The notes under the pieces: generated by a model
The model's database searches: none
The model's input: the letters and a program-made list of their open reading frames with translations, nothing else
What the model was told of the DNA's origin: nothing
Shown here: positions 18,037 through 26,174 of the stretch, in pieces
Position numbering within the stretch: the stretch's first letter is position 1
How the letters are laid out: each line of letters begins with the position of its first letter
Translations under genes and position numbers: made by a program
DNA from: Dickeya dadantii NCPPB 898
GTDB lineage: Bacteria > Pseudomonadota > Gammaproteobacteria > Enterobacterales > Enterobacteriaceae
Reading direction: 5' to 3'
DNA: 32,000 nt
Assembly (NCBI RefSeq): GCF_000406145.1
Contig: NZ_AOOE01000043.1
Location: 62,812 to 94,811 of the forward strand

Positions 18037-18612
18037 TCATAATGCGCGCCGGACCTGCGCCTGAATATCAATGTTAATCGCGACCCGGTCATCCACCAGC
18101 GCCATAAACCGATCCATATCAAAGGCCGAACGTGAAATAGCGGTTGTCGCATGAAGAAACAACGTCCCCCCGGTCGGCGATGCGCCCGTATATTCCTCCA
18201 GCGTGGTTTCCAGAACGACGGGTCGCTGAATGTTTTTTACCGACAGCGAACCAAACACCCGAAAGTGGCCATGCCCTTGCGCCACAACCCTATTGCTGGT
18301 GAAAACAATCCAGGGATAGTGTTTTGCGTCAAAAAACATACCGCTTTTCAACTGGTAGGTCAGCAGGGAGTTGGACGCTTCAAGCGTAGCAACGGGGATT
18401 TTCACTTCAATGCGATCATCGGTTTCCTTCGCGGAATCCAGTGTGACGTCCCCCGTTACGCCATCCAGATGCGCCTGTGAGGTATCGCCAAATGCGCGCC
18501 ATGACAACGCAATGGCGGTCTTATTCGTTGAAATAGTGTAGTTGAGGGGAGTGGCGTGTAGCGTTGAACTTATCAGCAGCCCAACGGCCACTGCGGGAAT
18601 GATGCGCATCAT
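18037..18612 (-). CDS. YceI-like periplasmic (polyisoprenoid-binding fold) protein
   Basis: The ORF track starts at 18654. I prefer ATG 18612 (SD gagga), giving 191 aa with the signal peptide MMRIIPAVAVGLLISSTLHA. The YceI-family pattern is present (tandem beta-strand signature ...AHLDGVTGDVTLD...IEVKIPVATLES...FFDAKHYPWIVFTS...GSLSVKN..RPVVLE). Confidence 0.7.
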   Translation of the reverse strand: MMRIIPAVAVGLLISSTLHATPLNYTISTNKTAIALSWRAFGDTSQAHLDGVTGDVTLDSAKETDDRIEVKIPVATLEASNSLLTYQLKSGMFFDAKHYPWIVFTSNRVVAQGHGHFRVFGSLSVKNIQRPVVLETTLEEYTGASPTGGTLFLHATTAISRSAFDMDRFMALVDDRVAINIDIQAQVRRAL

Positions 18613-18641
18613 AACGGGAAGCTCCTCAAAGCAGACAACGC

Positions 18642-18669
18642 GTAAACGCTTCAAGGTGCTACTTTATTC
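18642..18669 (-). promoter_or_regulatory. putative ECF-type promoter of the yceI-like gene
   Basis: The minus strand reads GAATAAA gtagcaccttgaag CGTTTAC, ending 30 nt upstream of ATG 18612. It matches the 16014-16041 motif at 13 of 14 motif positions with identical N14 spacing. Confidence 0.5.
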
Positions 18670-18748
18670 ATTCCCCCTGGGGACAGACAAAAAACGGCCG
18701 CATCAAGGCCCGGACATTCACCGTAAAAATGAATCATGCGCTGATTTT

Positions 18749-20206
18749 TCACACAGTAAACGCCAGATGAATTTCCCGGTCGGACAAACGGCGCAAATAC
18801 CGGGAGTGTTCTGAGTTAACCGAATATCCGAATATCTCGATACGGTTTCGGCCGTTGGCCTTGGCCTGATATAACGCGTTATCGGCCTTTTTGATCAGTT
18901 GCTGATAATCCGGGTGGTTATCGAACTCGGCAATACCAACGCTGATGGTTACCGAGATGCCCTTTTCCGCCGTTGCCGGAATATATAACCCGGCGATCAA
19001 TTGACGAATCGAATCAAAGATCATGGCGGCTTGCGACGTCTGGGTTTCGACCAGCAGCACCATGAATTCTTCGCCGCCATAGCGAAAGACATAATCGCTG
19101 CTTCGCACACTTTCGTATATTTTCGTCGCGATTGTCTTAAGTGTCAGATTACCGGTTTCATGCCCGTAATTGTCATTGATCTTTTTGAAATGATCGATAT
19201 CAATCATCGCCAGAATAAACGGCTTTCCCGAGCTGATAGCCAGCGCGATTTCCCGCCGCATAATGGTCGGAATAAAGCGGCGATTGAGCAGATTAGTCAG
19301 CGGATCCTTACCGTTTTCGAATTTAATCAGTTCATCAAACATGGAACAGAGTATTGAATTAACCTGCCCAACTAACTGGCGGACGTCGCGTAATAATTGA
19401 GTGCGTATCGCCGTATTTTCGACGTGGTGGGGAAATGTCTCCCTCACCCGATTATCCACCTGCCGGATCAATGCCTCCAGCTTTTTCAATAAATCCGGAC
19501 CATTGAACAAATGCCGTCCTTTATGAAAAAACCACAGACCAAATTCCGATTTTTCCAGCAGGACAATCTCTTCAGACGGTAGCCCAGTCGCCACGTTATA
19601 AATGAACTGATTTTCCCAATTCATTAATGCGCCAAGTTGCCGCTCTCGTTCAACATTCACATCGTCATAAATCGACAAAATACGATAGCGTTCCTGATCG
19701 CGCATCGCGCTTTTGTAACCGGGAGAATACGCGGTGGTCATCGCCTCAATCGCGGTATCGATAACCAGACTGCTAAAACAGACCGCCTGATTAATCAGCG
19801 CGGCATCCAGGTTGCGTTTCCTGTCCAATAACCTGAACAGTTCATTTTTCAGTTTACGCGCGCCTCTGGCCACCAGGTCGGTCGGAATACCGATGCGCGC
19901 ATGAATAACGCCAACCTGCTGCTGCCGTTCCAGCAATGCCGATAACGACTCGGTGGCGCTGCCCAATACCGAACGTAGCCAGTGATACATACTTTCGTTG
20001 AGTTGGTTGGCGACTTGTTGGGTATTGAGATACAGACTGGCCTTTTTATCCTGAAGCATATAGTCGTAAAACACGCTGACCAGCTGACGCAATTCTTCTT
20101 CACATAAATCGCGTAATAATTCATGAGCGTCAGAAGACGTCAAATTAACCAGCTCTTGCCACTCAGCGAGCAGCAATTCATTATTATCACTTTGTTCAGT
20201 ATGCAT
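18749..20206 (-). CDS. dosC: globin-coupled sensor diguanylate cyclase (DosC/YddV-like)
   Basis: 485 aa. The N-terminal sensor-globin region (VFYDYML, VGVIHARIGIP), the middle domain (ERYRILS, FGLWFFHKGRHLF.G) and the C-terminal GGDEF domain (LTNLLNRRFIPTIMRREIA, SSDYVFRYGGEEF, GRNR) are collinear with the remembered E. coli DosC. The symbol is assigned by homology only. Confidence 0.8.
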   Translation of the reverse strand: MHTEQSDNNELLLAEWQELVNLTSSDAHELLRDLCEEELRQLVSVFYDYMLQDKKASLYLNTQQVANQLNESMYHWLRSVLGSATESLSALLERQQQVGVIHARIGIPTDLVARGARKLKNELFRLLDRKRNLDAALINQAVCFSSLVIDTAIEAMTTAYSPGYKSAMRDQERYRILSIYDDVNVERERQLGALMNWENQFIYNVATGLPSEEIVLLEKSEFGLWFFHKGRHLFNGPDLLKKLEALIRQVDNRVRETFPHHVENTAIRTQLLRDVRQLVGQVNSILCSMFDELIKFENGKDPLTNLLNRRFIPTIMRREIALAISSGKPFILAMIDIDHFKKINDNYGHETGNLTLKTIATKIYESVRSSDYVFRYGGEEFMVLLVETQTSQAAMIFDSIRQLIAGLYIPATAEKGISVTISVGIAEFDNHPDYQQLIKKADNALYQAKANGRNRIEIFGYSVNSEHSRYLRRLSDREIHLAFTV

Positions 20207-20457
20207 TATTAAATTAACAGTAAGTTGTTTTCATATTGTCCTACGACGTCGCCTGACAAACTCGTGGCCCCTTTTTGACGCCACGGAGTGTACCCAACTT
20301 ACCTCAAATTCCCAAATGTATTTCAGCGCCAATACATTAATAAAATTACTTATTTTGGTAATGATTCGTTAAAAAAACGCCATAATACGGCACTAATCGC
20401 TACGGAAAGGCGGCACCATCGCATAATCAATAATGCCGCCTTAATAATAACCGCCGT

Positions 20458-22503
20458 TTATTCCACCAGTCCGCTTACCCGCAACACCCGCCGGTCGACC
20501 GCCTCCGCCAGCACCGTGCTGTGCTTCCCCACGCAGCCGAGGCTGAACGCGTGTTTGGCGCGGGTAATACCGGTGTACACCAGTTCGCGGGTCAGGATCG
20601 GGCTTAAAGAATCCGGCAGCAGCAAGGCGGTGTGGGCGAATTCCGACCCCTGGGATTTGTGCACCGTCATGGCGAACACCGTTTCCACCGCGGGCAGTCG
20701 CCCCGGCAGCACCCAGCGGATACCCGATGAGCCATCGCCGGCCGGAAACGCCACCCTGGTCGCCCACCCCCATGAACCGTCCGGCTGGAGCAGCGGCACC
20801 TGTAGGGTGATGCCGATATCGCCGTTCATCAGCCGCTGGCTATAATCGTTGCGGGTCACCATCACCGGCCGCCCCGGATACCAGCCTTGCCAGGCCGCCA
20901 GCAAGCCGTCCCGATACAGCAGTTGGGCGATGCGCCCATTCATACTGTCGACGCCCCACGGCCCGTTGCGCAACGCGCACAACAGTTGGAACTGGCCGAA
21001 GGCATCCAGAATCTGCGCCGCCCAGATGTCGAACTCGCTTTGCGGCGCCGTCAGCGCCGGCCGAGTCGAGGCCATCCGTCTCAGGTAGTTGCCGTAGCCC
21101 ACCGGCGCCGCCGCAGCGGGCTGAGCGCCGAACCGATCGGCGGCGCCGTCAATAACCCATTCACGCAGCGCGCGGTTATCATTCGCCGTCAACGTCAGGC
21201 GCGCCAGGTCGGCATACCCCTGCCGCCAGACAGACGCCAACGCCGCCGCATCGCCGGCGTTCACCGCCTCCGCCAGTTGGCCGATGCCGCTGTCAGCGCC
21301 AAAGCGGTAGCTGTGACGCAGCATGGCGATGGATTGATCCAGCGCGCTGCCTTGCGGGTCGAGCAGCGAATCGTCCGGCGCGTCCCCCGCCACCTCGCGT
21401 AACCAGTCGCGGGTCTGCGGCAGGTAATGCCCTTGTGCGGCGCGCTGGCACAGTTCGCCCATCAATGCGCCGGCTTCCACCGACGCCAGTTGATCTTTAT
21501 CGCCCAGCAGAATCAGGCGGGACCGGGCCGGCATCGCCGCCAGCAGCGCCGCCATCATCTCCAGATCCACCATCGACGCTTCATCCACCACCAGCACATC
21601 CAGCATCAACGGATTATCGGCGTGATGACGGAAATGCCGGGTATCCGGCCGGCTGCCCAGCAACCGGTGCAGGGTCACCACCTCGCTATTGATATGCTCC
21701 CGAATAACCTCTCCCTGCGCCAGCCCATCCAGCGTCAGGCCGGCAATGGCCCCGGCAATCGACTCGTTCAGACGGGCCGCCGCCTTGCCGGTGGGCGCCG
21801 CCAGCCGAATCCGCAACGGCTTGCCGTGCTGTTCCATCGCCAGCGACTGCAACAGCGCCAGCAGTTTCACCACGGTGGTGGTTTTCCCGGTGCCCGGCCC
21901 GCCGGTGATGATGCTGAAGGCACTGCCCGCCGCCAGCGCGCAGGCCAGTTTCTGCCAGTTGGCGGAGCCGGCCGCGGTGGCAGGAAACAGCGCATCCAAC
22001 CGCTGGCGCAGCGCCGCTGGCGTTATCGCCGCCCGCAGCGCGTCGTTTTGTGTCAGTTGCTGCGTAATGGCGTGGCGCACATCCTGCTCGTATCGCCAGT
22101 AACGGCGCAGATACAGACGCGCGCCGACCAGCACCAGCGGCGTGCTGCCTTCCCCCGACGATACCAGTTGCGGCTGTTGCAACGCCGCCTGCCAGGACGA
22201 CAGGGTAACGCCCGCCAGAACCTCCGCCGGGCGCGCAATCTTACGATTTTCACTGCGATCGCCTTCCGGCGGCAGCGCCAATGAAAACCCGCTGTCGGCA
22301 AGCGTGGCGTCCAGATCGAGGCACACATGCCCGCGCCCAAGCTGATAGCTGACCAGCGCCGCGCCCAGCAGCAACAAGGGCGACGCCTCCGGGCACTCCT
22401 GATGCAGAAAGCGCACCAACGCCCGATCCAGCTCCCGCAACCAGCCGCACTCAACCCACTGGTCCAGCAACAGGGTTAATTCGTCATAACGGGTTATGTT
22501 CAT
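20458..22503 (-). CDS. recD: exodeoxyribonuclease V alpha subunit (RecD helicase)
   Basis: 681 aa with Walker A GGPGTGKTTTV, LAAPTGKAAARL, Walker B VVDEASMVDL, LLGDKDQLASVEAG, and the C-terminal TVHKSQGSEF...VYTGITRAK. Its ATG overlaps the recB stop (ATGA, 22500-22503). Confidence 0.9.
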   Translation of the reverse strand: MNITRYDELTLLLDQWVECGWLRELDRALVRFLHQECPEASPLLLLGAALVSYQLGRGHVCLDLDATLADSGFSLALPPEGDRSENRKIARPAEVLAGVTLSSWQAALQQPQLVSSGEGSTPLVLVGARLYLRRYWRYEQDVRHAITQQLTQNDALRAAITPAALRQRLDALFPATAAGSANWQKLACALAAGSAFSIITGGPGTGKTTTVVKLLALLQSLAMEQHGKPLRIRLAAPTGKAAARLNESIAGAIAGLTLDGLAQGEVIREHINSEVVTLHRLLGSRPDTRHFRHHADNPLMLDVLVVDEASMVDLEMMAALLAAMPARSRLILLGDKDQLASVEAGALMGELCQRAAQGHYLPQTRDWLREVAGDAPDDSLLDPQGSALDQSIAMLRHSYRFGADSGIGQLAEAVNAGDAAALASVWRQGYADLARLTLTANDNRALREWVIDGAADRFGAQPAAAAPVGYGNYLRRMASTRPALTAPQSEFDIWAAQILDAFGQFQLLCALRNGPWGVDSMNGRIAQLLYRDGLLAAWQGWYPGRPVMVTRNDYSQRLMNGDIGITLQVPLLQPDGSWGWATRVAFPAGDGSSGIRWVLPGRLPAVETVFAMTVHKSQGSEFAHTALLLPDSLSPILTRELVYTGITRAKHAFSLGCVGKHSTVLAEAVDRRVLRVSGLVE

Positions 22504-25500
22504 GCCGTCGCCTCCGTTTCGCCGCTAAACAGGCGATCCAGCGCCTCAATCAGCGATCGGTCCGGCCGCTCGGCGCACACGCCGCCGCCCGGCGCCTGAC
22601 TGCCGCGCAGGAACAGGTATAACGCGCCGCCGACGTGACGGTCGTAGTCGTAATCCGGCAGGCGGGATTTCAGCAAGCGGTGCAGCGCGAACAGATACAG
22701 CGCCAGTTGCAGATCGTAACGGTGATCCAGCATGTCGCTCGCCATACGCGGTGGGTCATAGTCGGCGGCGTCCGCCCCCAGCCAGTTGGATTTGTAGTCC
22801 AGCACGTAGTAGCGCCCCTGATGTTCAAACACCAAATCGATAAACCCTTTCAGCATGCCGTTAAGCTGTTCACGCATCAGCGCCGCACGCGGTTCACCCG
22901 CCAGCGTGGCGGCCCTGACCTGTTGATCCAATATCTGGGTGTCGACCTGATTGAGCGCAAACCAGAACTCCATTTCCACCTGATACTGCGTCAGCCCGGC
23001 CAGCGAGACTGCGCTGCCGGGTTGCGTCGGCAACGCCAGTGGCTGGCTAAGCAGCGTCATCAACCAGTCGGTGAGCATCGGTATCCACTGCGTCCAGCCT
23101 TGCCGGTTACAGCGCCGCGCCACCTGATCCTCCACCCGGGGCCGATCCGCCGCCAGCAAGGCGAAGCCCTCTTTCCCGGCCCACTCCAGCAGGCCGTGCA
23201 GAAAACTGCCCGGTGCCGCGCCGCGTGGAAAACTGTACATGTCGAAGCCGGACGGCAACGGCGGCAGACGCTCCGTCGACGCCTGCGGTTCGCTAAAGGT
23301 TTCCTGCTTCGCGCTCTGCACTTCGGGCTCGTCGCCCGCAGCAGGTTCACGAAACTCGCGGTAATGCCCTTCCGGTGCCAGTTGTAAACCGGAATAGCTG
23401 GTGATACGCCAGCGGTGACTGCGCATATCCGGCAACGGCGGCTCCTGCCCCAACGCCGGCGTATGCAGCTCGGCGCGATAGACAGCGTCATCCGTCTCCG
23501 GCAACGGCGCAATCTGGCTGTCCGCGCCGCACCAGGTCGACAGTTGTTGCGTCAGTTGCGCCGGTTCCAGCGGTTCGCCGGCGCCGAGCAGGTAACCAGG
23601 CGCGCTTTTCTCCAGCTCTTTCAGCGGCGCCATGCCAAGCCACATGGCGTAGCGGGCGCGGGTCAGCGCCACATAAAATTTACGCAGGTCCTCGCCCAGC
23701 CGCTCATGGTCGGCACGCTGCACCGCCTCGTCGCTGGCAATCAACTCAAGGCGCGGCTTCGCGTCATCATCATGAAATTTCAGCGGCACGTCCCGGTGGC
23801 TGACGGTGCGAAACGCACAGGCAAACGGCAGAAACACCAGCGGATACTCCAGCCCTTTGGACTTGTGGACGGTGACCACCTTCACCAGATCGGCATCGCT
23901 TTCCAGCCGCAGTTTCAGGGTGTCGCCGCCGGGGTTATCCGCCTGGCGCTGCTCCGCCAGATAGCGGATCAGCGCGTGCTCGCCGTCCAGATGCACGCTG
24001 GCCTGTTGCAGCAATTCCGACAGGTGCAGCATATCGGTCAGCGCGCGGGTATTATCGGCGGCCAGCAGCCGGCGCGGCACATCGAAATCCCACATTAGCC
24101 GCCGCAGCATCGGCAACACGCCTTGCTGTTGCCAGCAGCGCTGGTAGTGGTCAAATTGCATCACCCGGCGTTCCCACTCCTGCTCGTCGTGGTTTAAGCG
24201 GTCGAGCGCCTGCCAGCTCAGCCCCAGCGCTGGGGTCGCCAGCGCGGCGCGCAGCAGCCGATCGTTCTCTGGGTCGGCGCAGGCCGCCAGCCAGCAGTGC
24301 AGTTCGCCGGCCTGCGGACTGTCGAACACCGACTCCCGGTCCGACAGATACACGCTGCGCACGCCACGGGCGGAAAGTTGCGCCCGCACCGCCATCGCTT
24401 CGCGCCCGGTATTGACCAGCACCGCCATATCCCCCGGTTTGACCGGGCGCAGCGGCTGCCCCGGTACGGCAAAACCGGCCCGGCCTTGCCCGCCGAGTTG
24501 CAGCAGCCGCACCATTTCGCGGGCGCAGCCGGCAGCCATGCGCTGGCGGTATTCCGCCGACGACAGCGGTTCGTCCGTCGCCAGCGTCCAGCAGGTCAAC
24601 GCCGCGGCGTCAGCGCCGTCCAGCACCCACGCCTCGTCGCGGCCGTTGGCCTGCACCGGTAAAAACGGCACCGGATTGTCGCCGTCCGGCTGACGAAACA
24701 GAAACGCCCCCGCGCCGTCGGCACGATTTTCCGCCTGCATGAACACCTGATTGACGGCGCCGACCATCGCCTGGGTGGATCGGAAGTTAGTGCCCAGCGT
24801 GTAATGCCGCCCGTCGGTATCGCGGCGGGCGCGCAAATAGGTATAGATATCGGCGCCGCGAAACGCGTAAATCGCCTGTTTCGGGTCGCCGATCAGAATC
24901 AGCCCTTGCTGCGGGTCGTTGTCCGCCACCCGGTAAAGGGTATCGAAAATGCGGTATTGCAGCGGATCGGTGTCCTGAAACTCGTCGATCATCGCCACCG
25001 GGAATTGACGGCGAATACGCTGCGCCAGCCGTTCGCCGTTGTCGCTGCGCAGCGCGGCATCCAGCCGGGTCAGCAGGTCCTGAAACCCCATTTGCGCCCG
25101 GCTCTCCTGCTCGTGGCGAAACCGCTGGCTGACCCAACGGCAGGCGTGCCGCAGTAACTGACTGCGCGGCTCCGGTAATTCGCTCAGCTGCTGCGGCAAC
25201 GTCTCCATCGCGGTCAAGGCCGGATGCTGCGGCGCCTCTTCCGGCACTTTCCAGCACTCCCGCAACCCTTGCGGGGTCAGCCGCGTCCAGCCGGTGCCGA
25301 TATCCAGCGTCGTCTCATCGCTGGTGGCCCAGTGGTGCAGTTTGTCCAGCCACGGCTCGAAATAGCGGGCCTGCAGCTTATGACCATTCGCCTTTTTCTG
25401 TGCCACCGCGTCGTTCAACAGGTCGCGCAACTCGACGCACCACTGCGGCCAGGGCGCTTTCAGCGCGCTCAGACGGCGCGTTTTTTCTTCACGGACCGCG

Positions 25501-26174
25501 CTGAAAATCTGCGCGGGCAGCTCGTCGATGCCAATCTCGTCGGCGTACTCCAGCAGCGGCGTCACGCTGCGATAAAAGTGTTCCGGCGACGGCCAGCTAT
25601 CGCGCAGTTCCAGCACATCGCGGGCATCAAGCGGAAAAAAGAACGTGCGCCAGTAATCGCGCACCACCTCCAGCAGCAAATCGCTCTGGTCGGTTTCCAG
25701 CGTCTGGTTAAACAGGCTGCCGCTGTCAAAGGCGTGTTCGCCCAGCATCCGATTACACCAGCTGTGGATGGTGGACACCGCCGCTTCGTCCATCCATTCA
25801 GCGGCCAGCTGCAATTTGCGCGCGCAGTCCGGCCACTGTTCCGGCGGGTAGTCGGCGCGCAGTTCGCCCAGCAGCGGATCGACCGCGTCATCCTTGCCAT
25901 CCGGCTGAAAGTAAGCGGCCGCCTGCGCCAGCCGGGCGCGAATACGGTCGCGCAGCTCGCGGGTGGCGGCATCGGTAAAGGTCACCACCAGAATGTCCGG
26001 CGGATTGAGCGGGCGAGAGAACGCCTGCTCGCCGCCGTGCCCCAACACCAGCCGCACATACAGCATGGCGATGGTGAAGGTTTTGCCGGTGCCGGCGCTG
26101 GCTTCGATCAGCCGGCTACCGGCGAGCGGAAAGCGCAGCACATCCAGCGGAGAAGGTAACGCACGCGCCGTCAT
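22500..26174 (-). CDS. recB: exodeoxyribonuclease V beta subunit (RecB helicase-nuclease)
   Basis: 1224 aa with LIEASAGTGKTFTIA, FPVAMIDEFQDTDP.QYRIF, LIGDPKQAIYAFRGADI, VTVHKSKGLEYPLVFLPF, and the nuclease motif GFIDLVFEHQGRYYVLDYKSN. Its ATG overlaps the recC stop (ATGA, 26171-26174). Confidence 0.92.
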   Translation of the reverse strand: MTARALPSPLDVLRFPLAGSRLIEASAGTGKTFTIAMLYVRLVLGHGGEQAFSRPLNPPDILVVTFTDAATRELRDRIRARLAQAAAYFQPDGKDDAVDPLLGELRADYPPEQWPDCARKLQLAAEWMDEAAVSTIHSWCNRMLGEHAFDSGSLFNQTLETDQSDLLLEVVRDYWRTFFFPLDARDVLELRDSWPSPEHFYRSVTPLLEYADEIGIDELPAQIFSAVREEKTRRLSALKAPWPQWCVELRDLLNDAVAQKKANGHKLQARYFEPWLDKLHHWATSDETTLDIGTGWTRLTPQGLRECWKVPEEAPQHPALTAMETLPQQLSELPEPRSQLLRHACRWVSQRFRHEQESRAQMGFQDLLTRLDAALRSDNGERLAQRIRRQFPVAMIDEFQDTDPLQYRIFDTLYRVADNDPQQGLILIGDPKQAIYAFRGADIYTYLRARRDTDGRHYTLGTNFRSTQAMVGAVNQVFMQAENRADGAGAFLFRQPDGDNPVPFLPVQANGRDEAWVLDGADAAALTCWTLATDEPLSSAEYRQRMAAGCAREMVRLLQLGGQGRAGFAVPGQPLRPVKPGDMAVLVNTGREAMAVRAQLSARGVRSVYLSDRESVFDSPQAGELHCWLAACADPENDRLLRAALATPALGLSWQALDRLNHDEQEWERRVMQFDHYQRCWQQQGVLPMLRRLMWDFDVPRRLLAADNTRALTDMLHLSELLQQASVHLDGEHALIRYLAEQRQADNPGGDTLKLRLESDADLVKVVTVHKSKGLEYPLVFLPFACAFRTVSHRDVPLKFHDDDAKPRLELIASDEAVQRADHERLGEDLRKFYVALTRARYAMWLGMAPLKELEKSAPGYLLGAGEPLEPAQLTQQLSTWCGADSQIAPLPETDDAVYRAELHTPALGQEPPLPDMRSHRWRITSYSGLQLAPEGHYREFREPAAGDEPEVQSAKQETFSEPQASTERLPPLPSGFDMYSFPRGAAPGSFLHGLLEWAGKEGFALLAADRPRVEDQVARRCNRQGWTQWIPMLTDWLMTLLSQPLALPTQPGSAVSLAGLTQYQVEMEFWFALNQVDTQILDQQVRAATLAGEPRAALMREQLNGMLKGFIDLVFEHQGRYYVLDYKSNWLGADAADYDPPRMASDMLDHRYDLQLALYLFALHRLLKSRLPDYDYDRHVGGALYLFLRGSQAPGGGVCAERPDRSLIEALDRLFSGETEATA

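Noticed and set aside
20370-20457. Possible recD terminator: aaggcggca…tgccgcctt at 20407-20441, plus gccgtattatggc followed by a T7 run on the minus strand.
   Set aside because: The first stem has a 17-nt loop and no T-run. The second has only a weak, mismatched stem. The evidence is too ambiguous to annotate as a feature.
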